Shown piece after piece: positions 1 to 12,098 of a stretch of 64,000 nt of DNA. The notes beneath the pieces are model-generated. The model searched no databases. It worked only from the letters and a program-made list of their open reading frames with translations, and was not told the DNA's origin. The stretch's first letter is position 1. Each line of letters begins with the position of its first letter. Made by a program: the position numbers and the translations under genes. Source of the DNA: Octopus sinensis (taxonomy: Eukaryota); assembly GCF_006345805.1 (NCBI RefSeq), contig NW_021833224.1, forward strand, positions 35,567-99,566. Direction: 5' to 3'.

Positions 1-309
1 CTAAAAAGAAGCATGGGAACAGACAGAGAAAATCTGCCTTTTATCATAAGAGATGTACACAGTCTTCTAGTCTTAGATTTTAGTTGATGATAAAGAGATA
101 GATAAACTGGAAGTAAATTATGACCATATGACCACCATTGTGTTCCATACTGTTCTTAGAAATTGTAGTCTGTTCTCTTAGCAATTCTTGCTACAATAGC
201 GACAGCATGAATTTCTTCCATCCCCTTGCTCTGTTAAAATATCTAAGAAAAATTTTATTAATGTATATTGTCTGTTGAAGTTCTATATTTGTGCATAATA
301 ATAGCCAAA

Positions 310-431
310 AAATTATTATTATTATTTGCTATTATTATTAATAGTGTTATTATTATTATTTTATTATTGTTGTTATTAACACGAACCGCGCCATTTCAAT
401 TATTATTATTATTATATTATTATTATTATTA

Positions 432-464
<33 letters not shown>

Positions 465-472
465 CATCATTA

Positions 473-556
<84 letters not shown>

Positions 557-575
557 TATTATTATTATTTATGTT
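310..575 (+). repeat. (ATT)n microsatellite; further ATT/AAT tracts at ~6240-6375, 34035-34165, 56352-56575, 57013-57317 and 57930-58115
   Basis: Direct reading. Confidence 0.95.
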
Positions 576-849
576 TATATCGTTTTTTTATTAATTATCT
601 CCCAATATTTGTTTTTTTCCTTTTGCAAAATGTTTATTAGTTAAATTGAAAATAGTTTTTACTATGTTATTTTTATTTGCATATCGAAAGGGATTATTAA
701 CCATAAAGTATCTATCTCATTATTTTCCTTATAAAGGTTTCTTATATTATGTGTAAATTCTCTGTTATTCTTATTTTTATATTTAATAATATTCTTTTTG
801 TTATAATTATTTCTATTATTACTAATGATTTTATTATTGTTATAATCAT

Positions 850-1528
850 TGTTGAGATGGATTTGTGTATCATGAATACAATGTTTCAACGAAAGAGTAA
901 GTGTAAAACGACATGGATGCACCCTGGTTCTAAGAAATGGCACCTTGTAGATTACATACTCTCCAGAATACGAGATACTAGGGACTTTGCTATTGTACCA
1001 GTGATATGTGGTATAGAGTGCTGGACTGATCATAGGCTTTTGCGTGCCAAGGTGAATTTTGCTCTCAAGCCTATGGTTAGAGCAAATAATGACAAGTTAC
1101 CTAATCGGATTGATGTCAATAAATTTAAGACTCCATCAGTACGCAATGAGTTTGTGATGGGAGTTGTGATGGAATTTGTTCTGTGGTGGAAGCTGGAAGT
1201 CATTCAAAGAAAGAGTGTACAAGATTTGTAGTAACATTCTTGGGTTTGTTGCAAAAAAACACCAAGATTGGTTTGACAATAATGATGAAGTTAGTTTTAT
1301 CTTAGAGGAGAAGCAAAAGGCATTTAACATGTTGCAAAATATTGACCTGTCAGCAAACAGGACAGTGGCTACACACTTCAAGGCAGTAAAAGCAACAGTG
1401 CAGACGAAGCTGAGGATGATGCAGGAAAATTGATGGAGTGATAGATGCAATGAAATCCAAGAAGTTTCAAATGCTAACAATTCCAAACTTTTTTACTCTC
1501 TCTCTCCTTTTCTCTCTCTCTCTCTCTC

Positions 1529-1563
<35 letters not shown>

Positions 1564-2440
1564 AAAAAGTTTCTGGACCAGTGTCATCAAGGTTGCGCCG
1601 CTTCGAAGCAAGGATGGTACAGAATTATTAACAAATCCTAAAGATATTGTTGAGAGATGGAAAGAAGATTTTGACGATTTGCTCAATAGACCCACTAAAG
1701 TTGACCTCTCTTTTCTTGATAATATATCTGAGAGACCAACAACACATCTTATAGCAGAAGTTCCAAACCTGGTTGAAATAAAAGCAGCAATCAGGAAATT
1801 GAACAATAGAAATGCTCATGGCATGGATGGACTAGGTACAGAGATATCTAAATATGGTGGTGATCATCACTGTACAATGTTGACGGATGTGATTCAGAGG
1901 GTTTGGCATAGTGAAGAAGTTCCTCCGGATTGGCGTGATGCAACTATGGAAACGATGTCTGTGATAATTATCGCGGCATCTGTCTGTTAGCTGTTGCTGG
2001 AAAGGCCCTTTGTAGGGTATTGCTGGACAGATTGTTTCTGCACATTGCTGATGAGGTTCTACCAGAATCGCAATGTGAGTTTAGGGATAGTAGGAGTACT
2101 ATGGATATGATATTTTTAGCAAGAGAAGTGCATCGAACAGGATATGGACTTATACCTGATTTTCAATGATCTAAGAAAAGCGTTTGATTCTATCAATGGA
2201 ATTGCACTTTCGGAGATCCTGAAAAAGCTAGGATTCCCTGAAAAATTTGTAAGAATGCTTAGACAATTACATGACAATATGAAAGTGAGAGCTAATGTTG
2301 GAGGTACCTTATCAGATCCAATTTCTCTAGAAAATGGTGTAAAACAAGGTGATATTCCTGCTCCGACATTGTTTGCTATGTATTTTGCAATAGTCTTTCA
2401 AATAGCTTTTGAAGATTGCACTGAAGTGATCTATATAATA
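850..2440 (+). mobile_element. RTE-clade LINE fragment (APE endonuclease C-part to mid-RT), degenerate
   Basis: TWMHPGSKKWHLVDYIL, ECWTDHRLL, KHQDWFDNN, DLRKAFDSI, GVKQGDIPAPTLF; stops and frameshifts; a (CT)n tract lies within it at ~1495-1560. Confidence 0.9.
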
Positions 2441-3653
2441 TATAGTTGGAGCATATGCACTAATGAGTGTTGCATAGCGACCTTTTCTTAATGGAGGTCT
2501 TGAAGACATCAAACGATCAGAATTATCACAAGGTTTGAAACCAAAGTGGTTTTGATAGTAAATCCCACTCTTGATTCTCTCTTATAGGTCTCCTCTCTAC
2601 TGCTCCAAAATAAATGATACACAGCAGATTTCTCTACCAAACCCCACTTTCCATGAATTTTTGTTTCGGCTAACTCTACGACATTCATGTCGCTGTAACT
2701 CTTTTTCAACAAGCGCGGATCTCCTCTCCGGACGAGATTTCAGACAATCATTGTCTAACATTCGAACATTCCAACATCCTATATTCATAGGCTTGCATCT
2801 TCACCTGAATTTACTCACAGTTGCAAGATGACGACCAGACCCAGGTTGCCGTGCCCTGGGACACCTGCCGGGCAAAACCACAAAACAAAATGTTCCAGAT
2901 CCCTTTTTGTCATTTGCTTCAGTATCAATATGAACTTTCATTGTTTAGTTGTGCCTTTTTAAGTTTTGGCCAACCATGTACATACAAGATGTTCATTTTC
3001 TTTTCCTCTCCAGCAATACCTGTGCCTGACACATTTTAAAATGAGGAAGAGTGTTGCACAGCAACCATTCCCTCTCTCTAAACTACAATGCATGAGCCAA
3101 ATAATAAGTCGACATAATTGGGTGCATTTGCAGTCGCAGATTTTATATCCGAGTGTCCTTCTCTGAATCTTTGCTCAGCCAAATGCTAACTACAAGACAG
3201 CAGTGAAGTATTTAAATTCAGAGTTACTTTCTCCTAGATAGACTACCTTCGCGACGACTTGGGTAAGCAGAGGAACCCTATCCAACCTTCATCTATTTAT
3301 TTAAGAAACAAAAAATAAAATTAAGAATAAAATTGACATACAATATATACAATGTAAAACACAATATGCAATATGCACACAAACAGCTTGAAATACAATA
3401 TATACAGTACATACAGATAGGCACACAGTTTTTAAATGCAATATTTACAATACATACACACAAACTTAAACACTCCACACGCACCACCACAAACATACGT
3501 TGTTGAATGGCCGTTGACTACGCTGTAGTTCCTCCGCCCTTTGACATGTCTTATTTTCTGTCCCGCAGGGCATCCAGCAAATACCCACCTCACCAAGCAA
3601 GCCATTGTGGGGTTACCGGTTTAATCGCCGACAACCCGACCATATAACAGGTT
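2441..3653 (-). mobile_element. RTE-clade LINE 5' UTR and endonuclease N-terminus, inverted relative to 850-2440
   Basis: Minus-strand MNIGCWNVRML...RPERRSALVEKEL and YATLISAYAPT. The distal ~150 nt match 21752-21905. Confidence 0.85.
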
Positions 3654-5720
3654 GTACTACCGAAAGGTGTTTGATAGCATTCCCCACTCATGTATCCTAG
3701 AAACACTAGCCATGAACAAGGTGGCACTAATAATCATAAAATGTATAACATATTCCATAAATAAATGGCAGACCTTGCTACAGCTCCAAACAAAAGAGGG
3801 ATTCATAAAAACCAAAGCCATCCCCATTAGAAGAGGAATATTCCAGGGAGACACGCTCTCTCCACTCCTTATATGTTTCACACTGACACCTTTATCTGAC
3901 AGAACTGAAAGCGGATACAACTGTTACGGCAAAACAATCAGCCACCTCTTATATATGGATGACCTAAAACTGTAGACTACAAATGATAAACACCTGGAAT
4001 CATTACTACAGACAGTACATGGATTTACCAAACAAATAAATATGAAATTTGGCTTAGAAAAATGTGCCAAAGCAACCTTGAAAAGATGGGATCTACTTAA
4101 GAGTAGCATCATCACACTAGATAAAGCGAATGAAATAAGAGAATTAGACCAAAGTTAGACATACAAATATTTAGGAATCAATGAATTAGATACGATACAA
4201 CACACACAAATGAAGAAGAAAATAAAAAAAGAATACTATATAGGAGTTAGATTAATACTGAAAACAGAGCTCAATGCGAGAAACAAGATATTAAGTATCA
4301 ACACTCTAAACGTCCCAGTTACAGCTACAATATCCTTAACTGGACACTAAATGAACTAACCAAAATAGAGAGGTAAGCAAGAAAAATGATGGCAGGCTCT
4401 AGGATGCACCACCCACAATCTGACATAGGAAGGCTATATGTACAACATATAGAAGGTGGTAGAGGCCTTATACAGCTAGAAAACTATTACAAATTAACCA
4501 CCATATGACTGTAAATATATCTACTTCTGAAGCAAAGAAAACTAATACATATAGCCACAAAACACGAACAAAACAAAAACCTGTTTTCAGACATTAAGGA
4601 AACTGACAAATACAAACAAGAAGTCATACTGCCTAACAACTATGAAGAAGAAAAAGAAGAAACAACAAAAGCTTTAAAACAAATGAAATCCAAACTCAAA
4701 CTGGAGCAGCAACGGACCATGATAAAACGATGGCAAGAAAAGCCCCTTCATGGCAAATACTGGGCTAAACTAAACGCAAAAGAAATAGACAAAACAAAAT
4801 CCCAGCAATGGCTGAGAAGCTCAGAACTCAAAGCAGAGACTGGAGGATTTTTAATTGCAGCACCAGACAAAAGCCTCCCCATAAGAAATTACCAAAAACA
4901 TATAGTGAAAAGAAACAGCAAATAACTGCAGAACATGTGGAGATGGGCAAGAACCAATAAATCATATTGTGTTGGCTGCCCAGTCCTGGCTAAGAGGGAA
5001 TATATTCACGCAATGGAATAACAACAGAAAAAAGATGGTATAGGCACACGCCAGAAGAGGTCACCGAAAATGAGAAAGCAACTACACTATGGGATGTTCC
5101 AATACACACAGTAAGGGAAATTAAGGCCAATAGGCCAGATATAGTTGTCCGAGATCATGAAGTAAAAATATTCTTTCTAATTTATGTATCAATACTAAAA
5201 GATGACAACGTTTCTCTAAAGGAAATGGAGAAACTTTCAAAATACAAAGACCTGGAAATACAGGTAAGTCCAATGTGGAGTCTAAAAACAGAAACAATTC
5301 GTCTCATAGTGGGCGCATTAGATATGATAAAAAAATATATAACAAAAACACCAGGACTAACAAATATATATATATTTCTTTATTGCCCACAATGGGCGAA
5401 ACATAGAGGGGACAAACAAGGACAGACAAAGGGATTAAGTCGTTTACATCGACCCCAGTGCGTAACTGGTACTTAATTTATCGACCCCGAAAGGATGCAA
5501 GGCAAAGTCGACCTCGGCGGAATTTGAACTCAACGTAAGGACAGACGAAATACGGCTACGCATTTCGCCCGGCAAGCTAACGTTTCTGCCAGCTCGCCGC
5601 CTTAGCATACAGAAAATAGCACTACTAGGCACTGCCACATCCTACATAAAATACTTTCAATACAGTAACTAAAAGAGCAACACAGCAGACCACAGCATAT
5701 ACCCAAGGCACACAGAGCTG
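3654..5720 (+). mobile_element. R4/Dong-type non-LTR retrotransposon, 5'-truncated (RT, CCHC, REL endonuclease)
   Basis: YRKVFDSIPH, RGIFQGDTLSPLL, SHLLYMDDLKL, WQEKPLHG, RPDIVV, KLSKYKDL, IQKIALLGTA; interrupted by a SINE at 5374-5603. Confidence 0.88.
5374..5603 (-). mobile_element. tRNA-derived SINE nested in the R4/Dong element
   Basis: Minus-strand head AGGCGGCGAGCTGGCAGAAACGTTAGC...GAGTTCAAATTCC (A/B boxes). Same family at 37100-37312 and 58160-58377. The LINE frame resumes on both sides. Confidence 0.85.
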
Positions 5721-5726
5721 TGCTTC

Positions 5727-6245
5727 TGATCTTAACTGATTGGAAGTGTTATCATGTACATTGTTTTGTTTTGGTATAAAAGATGGGCTACAGCAAATAT
5801 TCTGTTCAATACCACAGATTTGCTTGTGAGTTGTTTCACCTTAACCATATGACCATGTCTCTTAGTGGCTGACGATATGTGCATCTCTGATCACGAGCAG
5901 AAGTAGTGGGGGAGCATCATAGCCATGTGTTGAAAGGAATTCTTAGCGGTTTGAAAACTTCACCCTTGGAAACATGAGTGTTTAGTTCAACATCCTTAAA
6001 CAACCCTTATTCAGGGACCCTTTGAACAGGACGGGCTACTTGGCCCGAAGAAAGTTCTAACTGGACCCCACCTGCAAGGTCATGTGCTGTTTATCTTGAT
6101 ATGAAATCATGTCGCGAACATATGGTTGTATTGCATGTGCCTGGTGCACCCTTATCAGACGGGTAGTCATGATGGGTATATTGGGCTTCGTATATTTTAC
6201 CCCATTGTCACTTTGATGGCATGCACTGCTCTCTCACTCAATAAT
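5727..6245 (+). mobile_element. Interspersed repeat ending in (AAT)n (LINE 3' UTR-like or SINE-like), copy 1
   Basis: ...ggtataaaagatgggctacagcaaatattctg...gcatgcactgctctctcactcaataat. Other copies at 7130-7615, 7640-8005, 35517-35690 (-) and 56575-56750 (-). Confidence 0.8.
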
Positions 6246-6317
6246 AATAATAATAATGATAACAACAACAACAACAGCAGCAGCAGCAGCAACAACAACA
6301 ACAACAGCAACAACAAC

Positions 6318-6375
<58 letters not shown>

Positions 6376-6378
<3 letters not shown>

Positions 6379-7060
6379 CAGAGTATCTCAACAGGTTTGA
6401 TAGAGAGCACAATATGTTTACTAGGTAATTTGCAAAAACCTGGACTTGCCCCATCATAGAAACTGGTGAGAACACAAACCACCTCCACTGCTTGAAAATG
6501 ATCTCATCTCAGTCCTCTCGACCTCTCGAATTTTACCGTTCAAACTGACCAGAAAGATACATGCGAATAGGCCAGACATTACATTGAAAGACTTCAGACA
6601 AAAATCATGCCTCTTCATTGACTGTCTCAATTGATATAAAGGTATCTGTCAAGACCTACCAAGAACTGAGCAAGTATAAAGATCTTGAAACAGAAATTGG
6701 CAAAATGTGGAACCTGAAGACTAAAACAATTCTTGTTGTCATAGGTGCCCTAGGAATGATGGCAGAAGGGGCTGATTGCTACCTATCACAGATACCAGGA
6801 AACATCAAAATGGCAAATAATCAAAAGATAGTGCCCGTGAGAACTGCCCATATCCTGCGTAATATACTGTCTATGTAATCTCATGTTTTAAAACAAACAC
6901 ACACTTTTCTTATTATTTCTTAAGCATTCTCTAGAACAATACTATGTGCAAAACCAAATATATGACACCCTAGGCATAACATCAAAATGAACTTTAACTT
7001 GTTGTCTCTTGAGATCTCTGCGTGAGACTTGCAGTCAACTTGCATAAATAATAAGCAAAA
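6376..7060 (+). mobile_element. R4/Dong-type 3' fragment (REL endonuclease plus 3' UTR)
   Basis: NRPDI, ELSKYKDLETEIGKMW, VIGALG, TAHILRNILSM*; flanked by AAT/GAT microsatellites. Confidence 0.8.
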
Positions 7061-7129
7061 CTCAAAATATGATTAATAATAATGATGATGATGATGATGA
7101 TATGATGATGATGATGATAATGATAATAA

Positions 7130-8005
7130 TATTGTATTGGTATAAAAGATGGGCTACAGCAAATATTCTGCTCAATACCACTGATTTGCTTGTCAGTTGT
7201 TTGACCTTAACCCGTTGACCATCTCCCTTAGTGGCTGACGATATGTGCATCTCTGACCACGAGCAGAAGTATTGGGGGAGCATCATAGCCATGTGTTAAA
7301 AGGAATTCTTAGCGGTTTGGATAATTCACCTCTGGAAACATGGGTGTTTCGTTCAACATCCTTAAACAACCCTTATTCAGGGACCTTTTGAGCAGGATGG
7401 GCTACTCAACCAGAAGAAAATTCTAACTGGGCCCCACCTGCAAGGTCATGTGCTGATTATCTTGATATGAGATCACCACGTCACACACATATGGTTGTGA
7501 TGGATGTACCTGGTGTACCTTTATCATACGAGTAGTCATGATGGGTCTATTGGGCTTCGTATATTTTACCCCAGTGTCACTTTGATGGCATGCACTGCTC
7601 TCTCACTCAAAATAATAATAATATAATAATAATAATAATACATGTCCCTTAGTGGCTGACGATAGCATCTCTGATCATGAGCAGAAGTAGGGGGGAGCAT
7701 CATAGCCATGTGTTAGAGGGATTCTTTTGGGTTTGAATAGTCATCTGGAAACATGGGTGGTTCTTTCACATCCTTACACCCTTATTCAACCGTTGAGCGG
7801 ATGGGCTACTCAACCTGACAAAATTCTAACTGGGCCCCACCTGCAGATCATGTGCTTTATCTTGATATGAATATCACCATGTCGCACACAGGTTGTGATG
7901 CATGTGCCTGGTATCCTTATCAGACGGGTAGTCATGATGGTATATTGGGCTTCGTATATTTTACCCCAGTGTCACTTTGATGGCATGAACTGCTCTCCTC
8001 ACTAA
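7130..8005 (+). mobile_element. Two further tandem copies of the (AAT)n-tailed repeat
   Basis: 7130-7615 and 7640-8005 both align to 5770-6245. Confidence 0.8.
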
Positions 8006-8085
8006 TATAATATAATAATATGTTCCTTCTATAGACACACGGTCTAGTCGATTACATCGACACCAGTGTGTCACTGGTACATTTT

Positions 8086-8117
<32 letters not shown>

Positions 8118-8598
8118 TAGCGGCAGCAGTGAGGTGGTGGTGGTTTTAGTAGTAGTGGTAATAGTAGTAGTAGTAGTATTTTAGTAGTAGTAGTAGTACT
8201 TTTTTGCTGCTGTTTCCGTTGTTTTGTTTTATTAATTATGCGGTAATCCACCACCACCACCCCTACCGGCCTTATCCTTGTCTTCATCCTCATCATCATC
8301 ACCATCATCATCACCACCACCACCAACACAATCCCCATCATCTTCATCGTACCTGCCTGAATCACCAGCGTCTTCATAGTAGTTAAGAAACTGCTGTAGC
8401 TGTTCCTACTACTATAACTACCACTACAACTAATGATGATGATGAGGCCCTCCTCCCCACCAGTGATGCAATACAAATATGCTTAAGATCAATATAAAAC
8501 AGACGGCGATGTCAAGAAAATATATTTATACATTTTCTTCTCAGACACTCAACACTCAACGATTCGCTCTGCAGTTTCAAGACTTTCAACATTTCAAA

Positions 8599-8635
8599 AT
8601 GCTCAAACTATTTCGCAGGTTGTCTCTCATTTTTG
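8599..8635 (+). CDS. Candidate first coding exon of PAN-domain gene A (signal peptide N-part, MLKLFRRLSLIF)
   Basis: ATG at 8599, 12 codons plus 1 nt, then a strong G|GTAAGC phase-1 donor. Splicing to the 26299 micro-exon gives MLKLFRRLSLIFVLFYISLKFGNG-LEY, with a basic n-region, hydrophobic core and small residues at the cleavage site. The link across about 17.7 kb is inferred. Confidence 0.5.
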
Positions 8636-8914
8636 GTAAGCTAAATATTCTTACATTTCTCTCCACGCATTTCCAGTTTTCTTTTAAAATCAAACTCAAT
8701 GGCAGTTTTAATGTGTTCCATGATAATATTTAGTGATTGTGTATAAATACGATGTTTTCTCTATAAAACGATTGTGTAGAAAACTAGCGCTACACGAAGG
8801 AATTTCACAATCATTTCCAAAATGATAAAATTGTTGGAAACCTGTAAGAAACCGCAAAAATATGGAATTTCTTTGGAAATTATTTCTTCTTTTATCTTTT
8901 ACTTGTTTCATTCA

Positions 8915-9100
8915 TTAGAGTGCGGCCATGCTGGGGCACCGCCTTAGAGAACTTTAGTCGAATGAATTTGCCCCAGTCCTTATTGTTTTATAAGCCTGGT
9001 ACTTATTGTATCGGTTCCTTAGTGACGGACTGCAATGTTACAGGCACATAATATGCCAATACTGCTTATCACATAGCGATGAGGGACAAACAGACACACA
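8915..9100 (-). mobile_element. SINE 3' portion (family of 11638-12030)
   Basis: Reverse complement of aggcggtgctccagcatggccgca and gataagtaccaggctt. Confidence 0.7.
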
Positions 9101-9107
9101 CATGTAC

Positions 9108-9138
<31 letters not shown>

Positions 9139-9397
9139 ATATAATATATATATATAATCATAATAATATTAGGTAGTATAACTCCAAACTTACAGGGAAA
9201 AATTCAATTTAGTATTAAATCAAATTTCACAATATAATATATAAAATATAAAATTAGAGATAAAACCACTATTATGCAATTCAAACTATGATAGGCATAA
9301 ACCAAAACATAAATAACATATAGAATATATTTTTATAAAACATATAACTAGATCACAAAAGTATAAATATGAATGATCAATATATAATAAGTAAAAA

Positions 9398-9492
9398 AAC
9401 TACGTTTCATGGCTATAATTACATTCGAATTACAATTAAATTTAAGTTTAATTGAAATGAATTCATTTAAAATTATAGTCAATCTTCAGGTT
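9398..9492 (-). ncRNA. Minimal type-I hammerhead ribozyme (Penelope-type) with extended stem II
   Basis: Minus strand reads AAC-CUGAAGA-U-UGACUAUAAUU...AAUUAUAGCCA-U-GAAAC-GUA-GUU. Both core boxes, stem I AAC/GUU, a GUA cleavage triplet and a palindromic ACGU stem III are present. Confidence 0.65.
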
Positions 9493-10038
9493 AAGAATAA
9501 TTGTTAAATAAATAAGAAAATAGAGTTAAACAATATTTATTTTAAAAAATAAATAAAATAATAATTTTCTTATTAAAGAAACTCCCTTAACTAAATTTGA
9601 AACTTAAAACATAAGGATTAGTTTCTTACAATACATTTATTATGTTAAATATTTAAGGTAAAAAAATAGAGTGAATAGATAGAAAAATGAATTTATATGT
9701 GGAGATATAATTTAGCTTTAAGAAAACATTAATAGATACAGAATATCTTTAACCTAGTTATACTCCAACATTTAATTACTAAACTATTTAACAAAACAAC
9801 CACTATTAATATTTTTAGATTTTAGTTCGCATATAATAATTATAAAATAATAAATAATAAATACATAAAAATAAGTATATATAATTTCTTTTGCACGGTT
9901 CTTGATGTGAATTCGTTTGTTGAAACAGATATTGTTGTATTTGGGGATGGTCATGTTGTCAGTTTAGCCAATGAAAATAAACGCACTATATATTTGGTGC
10001 TCACTTACAATTAGCTTTATTTCATATTAATCATATTT

Positions 10039-10082
10039 CGGAGAGAATTCTTTCGTCACACTTCTGTCACCTCATCAGTGGT
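10039..10082 (-). ncRNA. Hammerhead ribozyme core, partly decayed
   Basis: Minus strand reads CUGAUGA-G-GUGACA-GAAG-UGUGAC-GAAA-GAAUUC-UC. Palindromic stem III; stem I pairs poorly. Confidence 0.5.
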
Positions 10083-10675
10083 CCTTTGCGTTCTCCTTTC
10101 TTTTTTGTGTCTTTCCTTCCTAACGATCTGCCATTTTGTATTCCTGTTATATGTGTCTTTATTTGCGCATGTGTATATCTCTGTGTGTGTCTATGTTTTG
10201 TGTGTGTATGGGAATGTGTATGGTACGTGCATTAGCCATTATCAGTATCCCCTGTTTATTCACGTTCGTTTAATTAAATTTAATTTCTTTTTTCTACAAA
10301 AAGTTATGAATGTTTGTTCCTTAAATTTGAGGGTGATAATATAGATCTATACATTTTATGAATATGGTTTTATAAGGGGACTTTTGATATCAGTTACCGG
10401 CGCCATTGAGGTAAGGAAAACATTATAAAGTCTCATGGCTGCCCCCAACAGATTTTTCTACAAAATATGTATAGATTATCCTGTTCAAGCTATATTATTA
10501 GCATTATCCTGCGTTTGAGAATGAATTATTTCTTTATCTATATCTTTTAATACATTTCAACGCTTCAAAAGCAAATCTTGTTTGTTGACTTTTAACGTAA
10601 GTTGAATTTATCGTATGATAGCATCTTATAAAGCTAGATTTATGTATCCAAACATTTCTGGAGAATTTGTCGCTA

Positions 10676-10754
10676 GGCAGTTTAGCTTAATGGTAAAGCA
10701 CTTGGTGCATAATTACAGGGATGTGGTGAGTTCGAGTCTCATGGCTGGTCGCCA
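10676..10754 (+). pseudogene. tRNA-like sequence (CAT in the anticodon-loop position), probably a SINE head or tRNA pseudogene
   Basis: TAGCTTAATGGTAAAGC D-arm/A box, GTGAG-TTCGAGT-CTCAT T-arm/B box, ends in CCA. Acceptor and anticodon stems are imperfect. Confidence 0.45.
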
Positions 10755-11637
10755 ACAGATTTTTCTACAAAATATGGATAGGTTTATCCTGCTAATGCTA
10801 TATTATTAGCATTATCCTACATTTGAGAATAAAATTATTTCCTTATCTCTATTTTTCAATATTCTTAAGATTAAAAACTTGAAAAATTACAGGACAATTA
10901 TTACACTTGGAAAAGTTCAAGACAACTTATTATATATGGTAAAGTGCATAAAAATTTACTTAAAATATTGCAGCTAAGGATAAAATGCGAATACTAAAAA
11001 TTATTTGATTTTGATTTACAAGTAACATTAACTAAAAAAAAAAGGTACTATCATTTTGTTAAAATATTGATACACTTGAATACTGAGAAACAGAAGTCTC
11101 AATATAACTAAAGCTTATACAAAGTAGAATAGTATACATGGTAGGCAAATTCATTGTGTAAAAAATAGGCATTGGGTCAAGACTAAAACTGGGAAGACTT
11201 GACAATAACTCAGGCAATAATTCAAGCAAATTTTACTGTGAATTTGTTGTTATAGGTAGCTTTTACTGCAAAATAGATAGCTAATTTGTATGTTCTATTT
11301 CTTGTACTAATTATGTTCTACTATTATGTTTTATGACCTATTTTCAACTTTCTAATTATTAATTGATAATTAAAAAATGAACATGTTTTAAAGTGTAATA
11401 AATATTTTGAGCTATTTTAAATTTTCATATAAGTAACACGCACACTCAAGTAGAAGTAATAACTTGTAATAACATTTTTAGTTTTAATAAAGCTAATATT
11501 TTTTAAATCCAAATATTTTCAAGTTCTGTAACTTGTCCTGTAAGTTTCAGGTTTATAATCTTAAGAATATTATTTCTCTGCTCGCATTTTTCAATGTAAA
11601 TATGCATACATTTATGTTTGTATGTGTATGTATATAT

Positions 11638-12030
11638 GCGCAGGAGTGGCAGTGTGGTAAGTAGCTGGCTAACCAACCACATGGTTCCGGGTTCAGTCCC
11701 ACTGCGTGGCATCTTGGGCAAGTGTCTTCTGCTATAGCCCCTGGCTGACCATGCCTTGTGAGTGGATTTGGTAGACAGAAACTGAAAGAGGCCTGTCGTA
11801 TATATGTATATATATATATATGTATGTGTGTGTATGTTTTGTGTTTGTCCCCCTAGCATTGCTTGACAACTGATGCTGGTGTGTTTACGTCCCGTCACTT
11901 AGCGGTTCGGCAAAGGGATCGATAGAATAAGTACTGGGCTTACAAGAATAAGTCCCGGGATCGATTTGCTCGACTAAAGGCGGTGCTCCAGCATGGCCGC
12001 AGTCAAATGACTGAAACAAGTAAAAAGAGT
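11638..12030 (+). mobile_element. Full-length tRNA-derived SINE
   Basis: GGAGTGGCAGTGTGGTAAG (A box), GGTTCAGTCCC (B box), cttgggcaagtgtc core, internal (TA/TG)n, tail tgactgaaacaagtaaaa; flanked by (TA)n. Confidence 0.88.
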
Positions 12031-12034
12031 ATAT

Positions 12035-12098
<64 letters not shown>

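Noticed and set aside
268-594. Hydrophobic poly-I/L/Y ORFs (also at ~6200, 34000, 57100, 57850)
   Set aside because: Translations of (ATT)n microsatellites, not membrane proteins.
8204-8386. His-rich ORF
   Set aside because: CAT/CAC microsatellite mosaic with no splice or domain support.
10676-10754. Functional tRNA-Met gene
   Set aside because: Acceptor and anticodon stems do not pair properly, and a genomic CCA suggests a retrocopy or SINE.
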